A DNA stretch of 64,000 nucleotides. Source: an uncultured Chloroflexia bacterium (lineage in GTDB: Bacteria; Chloroflexota; Limnocylindria; Limnocylindrales; CSP1-4). How positions within the stretch are numbered: the stretch's first letter is position 1; each line of letters begins with the position of its first letter. Made by a program: the position numbers and the translations under genes. The notes beneath the pieces are model-generated. The model did not search any database, was not told where the DNA came from, and saw only the letters and a list, made by a program, of their open reading frames with translations. The stretch spans positions 451,065 to 515,064 of the forward strand of contig CAVRKQ010000011.1 in assembly GCA_963722105.1 (NCBI GenBank), written 5' to 3'. Below, piece by piece: positions 19,277 to 28,823 of this stretch.

Positions 19277-20347
19277 GTGACTGCGGCCGTCGCCTCCCAT
19301 CCGCGCGCCAGGGCGCGGCCGTCGCTCCGGCGGCGACCGCTCGCCCTGGCCGCGGTCGGGCTGGGCGGCCTCGCGTTCATGCTCGTCGCGGGCGTCGCCG
19401 CCGGGTCGGTCTTCGTGCCGCCCGCCGACACGCTCGCGATCCTCGCGCACCGGATGTTCGGCCTCGACCTCGGGATCCCCTGGACCGCCGCCCAGGAGAC
19501 CATCGTGTGGGAGCTCCGCTTCCCGCGCGTGCTGACGGCGATGACCGTCGGGATGGGCCTCGCGGTCGCGGGCGCGACCTTCCAGGGCGTGCTCCGGAAC
19601 CCGCTCGCGGATCCATACGTGCTCGGGACGGCGTCCGGTGCCGCGCTCGGGGCCGCGATTGCGGTGGTCGTGCCGGTTCGGGCGGTCGTGCTCGAGTTCG
19701 GCTTGCTCCACGGGCTCGCCTTTGCCGGCGCGCTCGGGGCGGTCTGGCTGGTGTACCGGCTCTCCCGCGTGGGCGGGCATGGGCAGATGACGAGCCTGCT
19801 GCTCACCGGCTACGCGGTCGCATCCCTCCTCGCCGCCGGCCTGTCGATGGCGATGTTCGTCTCCGGCGTCCACCTGCGGCAGATCTTCTCGTACCTGCTC
19901 GGCGGGTTCGAGTCAGCCTCGTGGCTGCGATTCGCCACGGCCCTGCCGCTGATCGCCGGCGCGTCGGCGTTGATCGCGATTCGCGCTCGCGCGCTGAATG
20001 GCTTCCTGCTCGGTGAGGAGGCCGCGTCGCACCTCGGCATCGACGTGCGCCGCGAACGCGCGATCCTCCTCGGTCTTGCCTCCCTCGCCACCGCCGCGGC
20101 CGTCGCCATCTCCGGCCTCATCGGCTTCATCGGGCTCGTCGCGCCGCACGTCGTGCGCCTGGCCGTCGGCCCGAATGCCCGCCTCGTCGTCCCGCTCGCC
20201 GCCCTGTTCGGCGCGATCCTGATGGTCGCCGCGGACCTCGCGGCGCGGATGGTCGGCGAGATCCCGGTCGGCGTCGTGACCGCGGTGATCGGCGCGCCGT
20301 TCTTCCTCGCCCTGCTCCGCCGGACCCGCGCCGGCTACGAGCTGTGA
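19277..20347 (+). CDS. FecCD/BtuC family ABC permease
   Basis: 356 aa, polytopic, with TVGMGLAVAGATFQGVLRNPLADPYVLG typical of the family. Confidence 0.9.
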   Translation: MTAAVASHPRARARPSLRRRPLALAAVGLGGLAFMLVAGVAAGSVFVPPADTLAILAHRMFGLDLGIPWTAAQETIVWELRFPRVLTAMTVGMGLAVAGATFQGVLRNPLADPYVLGTASGAALGAAIAVVVPVRAVVLEFGLLHGLAFAGALGAVWLVYRLSRVGGHGQMTSLLLTGYAVASLLAAGLSMAMFVSGVHLRQIFSYLLGGFESASWLRFATALPLIAGASALIAIRARALNGFLLGEEAASHLGIDVRRERAILLGLASLATAAAVAISGLIGFIGLVAPHVVRLAVGPNARLVVPLAALFGAILMVAADLAARMVGEIPVGVVTAVIGAPFFLALLRRTRAGYEL

Positions 20348-20354
20348 GCCCTCG

Positions 20355-21104
20355 ATGACCGCCGCGGTCCGCGTCGAGCGCCTGACCGTCGCCTACCGCG
20401 GTCGACCCGCGATCAGCGACGTCGACCTCACGATCGAGCCGGGCGACCGGCTCGCCCTCGTCGGCCCGAACGGCGCCGGGAAATCGACCCTGCTCCGCGC
20501 GATCGCCGGGCTCGTCGAGCCGGCCGCGGGGTCCATCGAGCTGGGCGGCGCCCCCATCTCGACCCTCGACCGTCTCGCCGTCGCCCGTCGCCTCGCGGTT
20601 GTCCCGCAGCTCCCGAGCCTGCCGTTCGCGACGCGCGTCGAGGATGTCGTCGCCCTCGGGCGCCTGCCCCACGAGCACCCGATCCGCGGCCTCCGCCCGG
20701 CGGACCGCGCAGCCGTCGCCGCGGCGATCGATCGTGTCGGGGTCGGGCACCTGCTCGGTCGCGACGCCCGCGAGCTCTCGCTGGGGGAGCGGCAGCTGGT
20801 TCTCCTCGCCATGGCCGTGGCCCAGGACGCACCGGTGCTCGTCCTCGACGAGCCGACCGTCCACCTCGATCTCCGCCACCAGGTCGAGGTCATGGAGCTC
20901 CTCGCCGATCTCAACCAGCGCGACGGCACGACGGTCGTCGCCGTGCTCCACGACCTCGGGCTTGCCGCGCACTTCTTCCCGCGCGTGGTCGTGATCGAGC
21001 GGGGGCGGATCGTCGCGGATGGCCCACCCGGCGAGTCACTGACGCCCGAGCGGATTCGCGAGGTCTTCGGGGTCGACCCCGCGCTGGTGCGCCTCCCCGC
21101 CTGA
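20355..21104 (+). CDS. ABC transporter ATP-binding protein (BtuD/FecE type)
   Basis: Walker A GPNGAGKST, signature LSLGERQ, Walker B VLVLDEPT. Confidence 0.9.
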   Translation: MTAAVRVERLTVAYRGRPAISDVDLTIEPGDRLALVGPNGAGKSTLLRAIAGLVEPAAGSIELGGAPISTLDRLAVARRLAVVPQLPSLPFATRVEDVVALGRLPHEHPIRGLRPADRAAVAAAIDRVGVGHLLGRDARELSLGERQLVLLAMAVAQDAPVLVLDEPTVHLDLRHQVEVMELLADLNQRDGTTVVAVLHDLGLAAHFFPRVVVIERGRIVADGPPGESLTPERIREVFGVDPALVRLPA

Positions 21105-21147
21105 TCGGCCCGCGGCAGCCGGCGGCGTCAGTCGGTCCGCTCTCGGA

Positions 21148-22155
21148 TCAGGCGCGCCCGAGTGCCGCCTCGGTCAGCTGGGCAACCATGTCGGTGTGCC
21201 GGGACATGTCGAGTCCCGTGCGCGGCATCGTCGCGGTCGGCCCGAAGCCGACGATCCGGTTCGTCGCGGCGAGCAGCTTGATCGCGATGGTCGCCGTCCA
21301 GAGCGACAGGCCCTTGGGCTCGGGCATCGCGACCGAGACGCCCTCGGACTCGTCGATCGCGTCGAGGTCGAAGGCGATGTACATGCCGTCCGTGCGGTCG
21401 CCGACGACCCGGCCCCACGTCTCGAGCGCGGCGAGCCCGGCCGGCCCCGCGAGCATCCCCGACCCGAACTGGGCAATCGGCGACGCGGCCAGCATCCGGG
21501 ACTCCTGCTCGTCGAGGACCTGCGCGCCGAGCAGCGCCGCGTCCTCCTCCTTGACCGTCGGGCCGGACACGGACGCCACGAGCTGCGAGTCGCCGCGGCC
21601 GCAGAGCATCGCGAACGGCATGCCCCAGACGTTGCCGGACGGGGTCGTCGTCGGGATGTTGAAGTCGCCGTGGGCGTCGAACCAGGCGATCGCGAGCCGC
21701 GAGTCGGGGAAGCGGCGCTTCAGGCCGGCCATCGCCGCGGCATGGGACGTGCAGTCCCCGCCGACCATCAGCAGCCGTGGGGGCGTCGTCGCGGCGTCCT
21801 TGCCACCCAGCGCCCGGTGGACGTGGACGATCAGCCGCGGCATGTACTCGAGAATTCGCTGGCGGTTCTTCATGAACGGGTCGTCGTCCGCCGCCCAGCC
21901 GGCGTCGATCGGGGCGTCGCCGTTGTCCATGATCGGCATGCCGGCCAGGCCCTTGCGCGCCTGGAGGCGCTCCAGGAAGCCCATCTGGCGCAGCGCCTGC
22001 GGGCCACCATCCATGCCCGGGAAGTGGCCGCCGAGCGCGGTCGGCGAGCCGACCATCGCGATGGTCTCGGCAAGTTCGGGGATTGGCATCTCGGGCAGGG
22101 TAGCCGCGTAGCCCGCCACGGTGCCCCGGACGATCAGGTCAGCGCGGCGCATCAT
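21148..22155 (-). CDS. arginase/agmatinase/formiminoglutamase family hydrolase
   Basis: Metal-site motifs GGDCTSH, WFDAHGDFN and AFDLDAID. Start is uncertain: ATG 22155 gives 335 aa, ATG 22089 gives 313 aa. Confidence 0.8.
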   Translation of the reverse strand: MMRRADLIVRGTVAGYAATLPEMPIPELAETIAMVGSPTALGGHFPGMDGGPQALRQMGFLERLQARKGLAGMPIMDNGDAPIDAGWAADDDPFMKNRQRILEYMPRLIVHVHRALGGKDAATTPPRLLMVGGDCTSHAAAMAGLKRRFPDSRLAIAWFDAHGDFNIPTTTPSGNVWGMPFAMLCGRGDSQLVASVSGPTVKEEDAALLGAQVLDEQESRMLAASPIAQFGSGMLAGPAGLAALETWGRVVGDRTDGMYIAFDLDAIDESEGVSVAMPEPKGLSLWTATIAIKLLAATNRIVGFGPTATMPRTGLDMSRHTDMVAQLTEAALGRA

Positions 22156-22161
22156 CCGTTC

Positions 22162-23291
22162 GTGCGGATCGCCGATTTCGCCCTCGAGCGGTACTTCGCG
22201 AAATGGGAGTTCGCGGTCGAGCACGTCGCGTGCGCCAGCGACGTCGAGGGCTGGTCGATGGCCGAGCTGCTCGCGCTCGCCGACGACGAGACCCGCTCGA
22301 TGTGGGACGGGCTGCGGCTCGGCTACACGGAGTCGACCGGCCATCCGCAGCTCCGGGCCGAGATCGCGAAGCTGTACGACGGCCTCTCGGCGGACGACGT
22401 GATGGTCTTCGCCGGCGCCGAGGAGGCGATCTTCTGCCTCATGAGCACGTCGGTCGACGCGGGCGACCATGTGGTCGTGACCTGGCCGGGCTACCAGTCG
22501 CTGTACGAGGTGGCGCGGGCCTCGGGCGCGAAGGTCGGGCTGCACCTGCTGCGCGAGGACGACGGCTGGTGGCTCGATGTCGACCGGCTCATCCGCTCGC
22601 TCCACGACGAGACGCGGATGGTCGTCGTCAACGCGCCGCACCAGCCGACCGGGATGCTGCCCGACCGAGGAGGAGTGGCGGCGTCTCGCCTCCGAGTGCC
22701 AGCTCCCGCGGGATCCGCCTGGTCGCCGACGAGGTCTACCGCTTCCTCGAGCACGACGGCGCGGCGACGCTGCCCGCGGGCGCCGACCTCGACGACCGCG
22801 CCGTCTCGATCGGCGTGCATGTCGAAGACGTTCGCGATGGCCGGGCTGCGGATCGGCTGGCTGGCGACGAAGCGACCACGCGGTGCTCGAGCGCTGTGCG
22901 CGACTCAAGGACTACACGACGATCTGCTCGTCAGCGCCCTCGGAGGTGCTCGCGCTCATCGGCCTGCGCGCCCGCGACCGGGTGGTCGCGCGAAGCCGCG
23001 AGATCGTCGGGTCCAACCTGGCGTTCGCTGGACGACTTCTTCGCACGCCGCGCCGATGCGTTCACCTGGGTTCGCCCCCGCGGCGGCTCGACCGGCTTCC
23101 CGCGCCTCGTCGCCGACGGCCCGGCGGGTCGGTCCGCGGATGCCTTCGCCGCCCGCCTCGTCGAGTCGACCGGCGTCCTGCTGCTCCCGTCATCGACCTT
23201 CGGCTTCGACGACACGCACTTCCGGATCGGCCTGGGCCGCACGGACCTCCCCGTGGCCCTCGAGAAGCTCGAGGCCTTCCTCGGGTCCTAG
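22162..23291 (+). pseudogene. class I/II PLP-dependent aminotransferase with five +1 frame breaks (possibly sequence errors)
   Basis: VRIADFALERYFAKWEF...NAPHQPTGMLPDR | EEWRRLASECQ | GIRLVADEVYRFLEH...VSIGV | MSKTFAMAGLRIGWLATK | DHAVLERCARLKDYTTICSSAPSE... | LDDFFARRADAFTWVRPRGGSTGFPRL...LEAFLGS. The pieces cycle frame 1>2>3>1>2>3. Confidence 0.8.
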
Positions 23292-24618
23292 CGCGCGTCG
23301 CGGCCGCCATGTCTGGGAGACACGAATCTCGCGGGAGCGGGTCGAATACGACCGCGGGAGGCGGCTCGCCGAGCGAATCGTTGTTTGTGGGACACGAATT
23401 CCGTTCGGAGACCCGCAATTCGGCCTGCTCCGGTCCGGGTTCGTGTGCTGCAGGCACGAAAACGACGCCGCGGGGCCAGGATTCTGGCTTGCTGAGGGAG
23501 TTCCGGTCGAACTCGTGTCTGACAGACACAAGCCGATGGATGCGTCCCTAGCCCGGCTCTGCGGCGGGTCGGGCGGCGGAAGCGGAAGTACAACCAGGTC
23601 CCGATCGAGAGGGCGCCGAACGCCGCGAAGACGCCGAGCGCGGCCAGGAACGCCTGCGGGGTCAGCTCCGACACGTAGCCCGAGGTCGGGCCGATCAGGA
23701 GGTGGAAGAACGCGAACAGGCTGACCGCCCACAGGACCGCCCACGCGAGGCGGTTCCACTTGTAGAGGACGTAGCCCGGCAGGAAGCGCATCGGCATGAG
23801 CGCGAAGGCTGCGGCCTCGAGGCCCGCGACGAGCGTGGCCGCGAACGCGGTCGAGAGGAGCGTGACGCCGAACCCGTCCTGCGGCAGCCCGAGCCCGCGC
23901 AGCCACGTGAGCGCGATCCACGCGAGAACCGCGGCGACGAGCGTCCAGATCGAGCCCCAGAAGGTCTCGCGACCCTCGTCTCGATCGGACGCATCGGAGA
24001 TGAAGATCGCCCCGAGCACGATCCCGTAGAGGTAGCCGGGCTGGAGGTGCGCGAGCCGCGTCGTCAGCACGAAGACCACCGCGATCACGAGCGCCCACGG
24101 CAGCGGCCGCAGCTGGCCCAGCTCGCCGGTGCGCCGCCGCCGGGCGAGGATCGGTGGCAGCTTGAAGCTCGCCAGCACCACGATCAGCCCGATGAGGAAG
24201 CCGAGGAACACCGCGATCGAGCGAACGTTCAGCCCGAAACCCTCGTCGACGAACGAGCTGATCAGCGCCGTCAGCGCGATGAACACCAGGACGCCGGGCC
24301 GCCCGGGCGGGTTGATCCGGATGCGCCCGAACGCCTGCCGCACCCGGCCGAGGGGGCCCTGCTTGAACCACGCCGCGATCACGTCGTCGTTGTTCTCGAC
24401 CGTGTTGTTGAACAGCTCGCCGATGAAGCCGATGAGGAGCAGCAGCAGGAGCGCCAGCAACAGGCTCCCGCCGATGGCGCCGCCGTCCGAGTTCACGTCC
24501 TCGATGGCGAGGACGGACGCATCCCAGGCCGGCAGCGAGGGCTCGGGGGTCGGTCCGGCTGCCGGCTCGGTCGCGCCCGGCGTCGGCTCGGGCGGCTCGG
24601 CCGTCGCCTCCCCGCCGG
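23288..24618 (-). CDS. polytopic membrane module with no start codon of its own; probably the C-terminal part of the 24619..25359 protein, or a separate gene
   Basis: Eight or more hydrophobic segments (LLLALLLLLLIGFIGELFNN ... GALSIGTWLYFRFRRP). The last 90 or so codons (23288-23560) read through the repeat element, so the true stop is probably upstream and is unresolved. Confidence 0.45.
23309..23535 (+). repeat. palindrome-rich repeat element, copy 1
   Basis: Four TCGTGTCTG-N-AGACACGA-like palindromes at 23309-23325, 23381-23398, 23440-23460 and 23513-23530. The 23379-23535 segment aligns co-linearly with 41483-41635. Confidence 0.6.
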
Positions 24619-25359
24619 TTACGGCGTTGAGCCCGGCGTTGCCGGCGGCAGGGTTGGCGCGAGCGTCGGCGCCGCCGAGGGCGTCGGGCTCGTGCCGGCC
24701 GTGGTTGACGGGGATTGCTCGGGGGCGGGCGTGACCTCGGCGACCGGCGTCGGGGCCGCGGCCTGGGTGGGCTCGGGCGTCGGCTTCGGTGTTGGCTTGG
24801 GCGTCGGTTTCGGGGTGGGGGGCGGCGTCGGCGTGGCGGTCGGCGTCGGGGTTGGTGTCGGTGTCGGCGGCGGGGCGACGAACCTCGATTGGACGACGTA
24901 GAACGGCGCCGTCGTCCCCGGCGCCGTGAGCTGGCCGGTGAACGTGCACGTGCCGATCGACTCCGGACCGAACGAACCGGGTTTCCTCAGCGACCCGACC
25001 TTGTTCACGAAGGTGTCGACCGCGCCCTTCGGGCCGCCGCAGGCGGCCTTGTGCATCGCGATCATCCAGGCGCGGCTCGTCGCGTCGAGCGGCAGCTGGC
25101 CCGTCGTCGCGCGCGTGAGGAGCACGTCCTCCTGGCCGGAGGCCGGCGTGATGCGGGCGAACCACGCTGGATGGAACCGGTTGGCGGGAGCGGTGCAGGT
25201 CACGTCCGACGCCGACGGGTTGCACTGCATGTTGTAGGGCGCCGACGACGCGAGGCTGACGAGCTGGTTGACGGTCGCGGCGCGCACGAGCGCCGGCACC
25301 AGCAGGGCCGTCAGGACCAGGGCGGCGATCGCGAGGAGGCGGAGGCGTTGGGCGCGCAT
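24619..25359 (-). CDS. secreted protein with a long Pro/Thr-rich linker
   Basis: Signal peptide MRAQRLRLLAIAALVLTALLVPALVRA, a Cys-containing domain of about 140 aa, then PPPTPTPTPTPTATPTPPPTPKPTPKPTPKPTPEP. It ends inside the linker, where the other frame continues. Confidence 0.6.
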   Translation of the reverse strand: MRAQRLRLLAIAALVLTALLVPALVRAATVNQLVSLASSAPYNMQCNPSASDVTCTAPANRFHPAWFARITPASGQEDVLLTRATTGQLPLDATSRAWMIAMHKAACGGPKGAVDTFVNKVGSLRKPGSFGPESIGTCTFTGQLTAPGTTAPFYVVQSRFVAPPPTPTPTPTPTATPTPPPTPKPTPKPTPKPTPEPTQAAAPTPVAEVTPAPEQSPSTTAGTSPTPSAAPTLAPTLPPATPGSTP

Positions 25360-25425
25360 CGGAGGCGAAGTATGCCGTCGATGCGGGACGGGATCGATAG
25401 CCCGCCTGGGCTTGCGGGGAGGTCC

Positions 25426-25863
25426 TTATCGCTCGCGAGCGCTGAAGCCCTGATCGCGCACATCGATGAGCTCGAGGCGGTTGCCGAACGGATCGAAGGC
25501 GTAGAACCGACGGATGCCGATGTCCGCGTCGTCGTCCTTGACCTCGACGCCTGCGTCGACGAGCAGCGCCCGCAGCGCCGGAAGGTCATCGATCAGCAGG
25601 GCGACGTGCGCCTTCCTCGCGGGGACGAATGGCTCCTCGACGCCGAGGTGGATGGACACGCCGGCCGCGACACCGGGGAGGATGCCGTGGCCGAGGAACC
25701 AGCAGCCTCCGTGCGTGTCGAGGGGTGCCGGCTTCGGGATCTCCGAGAGCCCGAGAATCCCGCCGTAGAACTCCCTGGCCGCGTCCTCGCCGCCGCGCGG
25801 CATCGACAGGAGAACGTGGTCGAGGCCGATGATCGCCGGGCCGTCCCCCGGGTCCCGCGCCAT
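25426..25863 (-). CDS. VOC (glyoxalase/bleomycin-resistance/dioxygenase) family protein
   Basis: 145 aa from ATG 25863. GLDHVLLSMP...AREFYGGILGL...HVALLIDDL...FYAFDPFGNRLELI. Confidence 0.75.
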   Translation of the reverse strand: MARDPGDGPAIIGLDHVLLSMPRGGEDAAREFYGGILGLSEIPKPAPLDTHGGCWFLGHGILPGVAAGVSIHLGVEEPFVPARKAHVALLIDDLPALRALLVDAGVEVKDDDADIGIRRFYAFDPFGNRLELIDVRDQGFSARER

Positions 25864-25879
25864 GCCCGAGCGGGAGCGC

Positions 25880-27109
25880 TCAGGCACGCTTCCGCGGCAG
25901 GTCGAGGAACGGCATCGGGACCACCGTGGCGTCGACGCGGCCGCGGTGGCCCTCGACCGTCCACTCGACGGCCAGGCGCGTGCCGACCGCCTCGTAGGCC
26001 GGGGGCACGGAGGCGAGGCCGATCGCCTGCTTGAGGATCGGGCTCCAGCCGTGGCTCGTGACCTTCCCGATCTGGCGGTCGCCACGGGCAGCAAAGACCG
26101 GCACCGCCGAGCGGTCGATCGACGGGGAGATCGCGGGTGGTAGTCCCTGCCGCGAGAAGGCCGACTCGATGCCGTGCCAGTCGAGCTGGACACCGACGAG
26201 CCGTCGCGGGGGCCCGCCGCGTGCCTGCTCTCGCTGGAGTGCAAGCCGCCCGACGAAGTCGCCCGCCTCGAGGTCGACCAGCCGGCCCAGCCCGAGCTCG
26301 TAGGGCGAGTAGTTCTGCTCCGGGTTCAGCGCGTGCCGCGCCGACGTGTAATCGACCTCGAGGAGCACCAGGCCCGCCTCGAGCCGCACCACATCCAGCG
26401 CCAGCATCCCCGCCGGCCGGATGCCGTACGCGCGACCCGCCGCCGTCAGGGCATCCCAGGCAGCGGCCGCGCGCTCCGCCGGGATCCAGACCTCGTAGCC
26501 GAGGTCGCCCGTGTAGCCGGTCCGCGAGACCTCGATCGGGATGTCGGTCGGGCGGGCGGCACCCTTTCGGCGCGCACCCCGGAGCAGGGATGGCCGTCGA
26601 CGGAAGTAGCGCAGCTCCCCGAACGGCTCCTCGGTCGCGTCCTCGAGGACCGCGCGGGCCAGCGGCCCCTGGAGCGCGACGGCGGCGAGGGACTCGGTGA
26701 CGTCCTCGATCTGGACGTCGAGCCCGCGGGCGTTGAGCGTCAGCCAGCGGAGCTGCGGATCGGCCGCGGTCCAGAAGAACTCGTCCTCGGCGAGACGGTG
26801 GACGGTGCCGTCGTCGATGACCTTGCCGTGCTCGTCGCACCACGGCGTGTAGAAGACCTTGCCGACGTCGAGCTTGTTCGCGTCGCGGGTGATCACCCGG
26901 TCGACGAGGGCGAACGCGTCGCGCCCGCTGACGCGGTACTTGTAGAGCGGCGAGACGTCGATGAGCGCGGCGGCCTCGCGGATCGCGTTGTACTCGATGT
27001 CGTGGGCGTCGGCGTACGCGGACGAGGCCCAGTAGCCCGACCACTCGCGCCACTGCTGCTTCCGATTCAGGACCGCGGTTCGGGGGTGGAACGGGCTGCC
27101 GATGCTCAC
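25880..27109 (-). CDS. aminomethyltransferase (GcvT) family protein
   Basis: 409 aa with AALIDVSPLYKYRVSGRDAFALVDRV and a C-terminal barrel. The N-terminus resembles the GcvT-like subgroup rather than canonical GcvT. Confidence 0.8.
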   Translation of the reverse strand: MSIGSPFHPRTAVLNRKQQWREWSGYWASSAYADAHDIEYNAIREAAALIDVSPLYKYRVSGRDAFALVDRVITRDANKLDVGKVFYTPWCDEHGKVIDDGTVHRLAEDEFFWTAADPQLRWLTLNARGLDVQIEDVTESLAAVALQGPLARAVLEDATEEPFGELRYFRRRPSLLRGARRKGAARPTDIPIEVSRTGYTGDLGYEVWIPAERAAAAWDALTAAGRAYGIRPAGMLALDVVRLEAGLVLLEVDYTSARHALNPEQNYSPYELGLGRLVDLEAGDFVGRLALQREQARGGPPRRLVGVQLDWHGIESAFSRQGLPPAISPSIDRSAVPVFAARGDRQIGKVTSHGWSPILKQAIGLASVPPAYEAVGTRLAVEWTVEGHRGRVDATVVPMPFLDLPRKRA

Positions 27110-27176
27110 GGCGCGAGCCTACCCGAGTCCGCTAGAGTCGCGGGCATCCCCGCGAGATCCCAAACCGGAGGCTTGC

Positions 27177-28823
27177 GTGCCCCAGCGCTACGACGCGATC
27201 GTGATCGGCGGCGGCCACAACGGCCTGGTCAGCGCCGCCTATCTCGCGCGCGCGGGGCTGAAGACGGTCGTCCTGGAGAAGCGGCACGTGCTCGGGGGCG
27301 CGGCCGTGACCGAGGAGGTCTTCCCGGGCTTCCGCTTCTCGGTCTTCTCGTACGTCGTGTCGCTGCTCCGGCCGGAGATCATCCGGGAGCTCGACCTGCC
27401 GCGCCACGGCCTCGACATCCTGCCGCTCGACGGCACCTTCACCCCGGTCTACGAGGGCACCGGCCGGACCCCGCCGACGGATGGCAACGGCAACCCGATC
27501 GGCACGGGCGACTACCTCTGGCGCGTCAACGACCACGGCCGCACGGTCCGCGAGCTCCGCCGCTGGTCGAAGCTCGACGTCGAGGCGTACGAGGAGTACG
27601 GGCCGCTGATGGTCGACATGGCCCGGTTCATCAAGCCGATCCTCGGGATCGTGCCGCCGGACCCGGCCTCGATCGACCCACGGCCGCTCCTGCCGCTCGC
27701 CGGCCTCCTGCGGAGCTTCCAGAAGCTGACCGAGCGCCAGCAGGCCGTCTTCGTGCAGCTCATGACGATGTCCGCCTACGACTTCCTGAGCCAGTGGTTC
27801 GAGACCGACCCGCTGAAGGCCACGATGTCGGCCTCGGGGATCATCGGGACGTACCAGGGGGTCAAGTCGCCGGGCACGGCCTACGTCCTGTTGCACCACT
27901 ACATGGGCGAGATCGACGGGGCGTTCCGCGCCTGGGGCATCCCCAAGGGCGGGACCGGCGGGATCAGCAACGCCATCGCCAGTGCAGCGCGAGCGAATGG
28001 CGCGGAGATCCGCACGGAAGCCCCGGTCGCCAGAATCCGGGTCGGGGGAGGGCGTGCAAACGGCGTGATCCTCGAATCCGGCGAGGAGCTCGAGGCCTCA
28101 GCGGTGCTGTCCTCACTCGATGTCCGCCGGACCTTCATCGACCTGCTCGAGCCCGGCACGATCGACGACGAGTTCGAGGCCGAGGTCCGGCGCTTCAAGT
28201 TCCGCGGCTCTTCTGGCAAGGTCAACATGGCCCTCGACGCGCTCCCCAGCTTCACGGCGCTCCCCGGCGAAGGCGAGCACCTCCGCGGCGCGATCTCCAT
28301 CTCTCCCCGGGTCGAGGACATGGAGCGTGCCTACGACGATGCGAAGTACGGCCACTTCAGCGCCAGGCCGTACATCGACATCGTCATCCCGACCCTCGTC
28401 GACCCGTCGATGGCGCCGCCGGGCAAGCACGTCATGAGCTGCTTCGTGCAGTACGCGCCGTACAACCTCGATCCCTCGCTCGGTGGCTGGGACAACCAGC
28501 GCGAGGCCTTCGGGGACGCGGTCGTGAAGCGGATCGCCGAGTTCGCGCCGGACCTGCCCTCGAAGATCCTCCATCGCCAGGTCATGACACCGCTCGACAT
28601 CGAACGGACGACGGGCCTCACCGAGGGCAACATCTTCCAGGGCGAGCTCTCCCTCGAGCAGCTGTTCTTCAGCCGCCCGGTGCCCGGCTGGGCCCGCTTC
28701 AAGACACCGATCCGCGACCTCTGGCTGTCCGGCTCGTCGACCCACCCGGGCGGCGGGATCATGGGCGCGAACGGCCGGATCGCGGCGATGGAGGTCCTGC
28801 GGTCCAAGGGGAAGCGGACGTGA
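27177..28823 (+). CDS. NAD(P)/FAD-dependent oxidoreductase, phytoene-desaturase (CrtI)-like family
   Basis: GxGxxG fold YDAIVIGGGHNGLVSAAYLARAG...LGGAA and C-terminal STHPGGGIMG. GTG 27177 is preceded by GGAGG. Confidence 0.85.
   Translation: MPQRYDAIVIGGGHNGLVSAAYLARAGLKTVVLEKRHVLGGAAVTEEVFPGFRFSVFSYVVSLLRPEIIRELDLPRHGLDILPLDGTFTPVYEGTGRTPPTDGNGNPIGTGDYLWRVNDHGRTVRELRRWSKLDVEAYEEYGPLMVDMARFIKPILGIVPPDPASIDPRPLLPLAGLLRSFQKLTERQQAVFVQLMTMSAYDFLSQWFETDPLKATMSASGIIGTYQGVKSPGTAYVLLHHYMGEIDGAFRAWGIPKGGTGGISNAIASAARANGAEIRTEAPVARIRVGGGRANGVILESGEELEASAVLSSLDVRRTFIDLLEPGTIDDEFEAEVRRFKFRGSSGKVNMALDALPSFTALPGEGEHLRGAISISPRVEDMERAYDDAKYGHFSARPYIDIVIPTLVDPSMAPPGKHVMSCFVQYAPYNLDPSLGGWDNQREAFGDAVVKRIAEFAPDLPSKILHRQVMTPLDIERTTGLTEGNIFQGELSLEQLFFSRPVPGWARFKTPIRDLWLSGSSTHPGGGIMGANGRIAAMEVLRSKGKRT

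Noticed and set aside
22089-22165. Divergent arginase-family and aminotransferase genes apparently starting 6 bp apart (leaderless pair)
   Set aside because: This depends on choosing ATG 22155 for the arginase-family gene. An in-frame ATG at 22089 gives a normal 72-bp divergent region, so the unusual geometry is not established.
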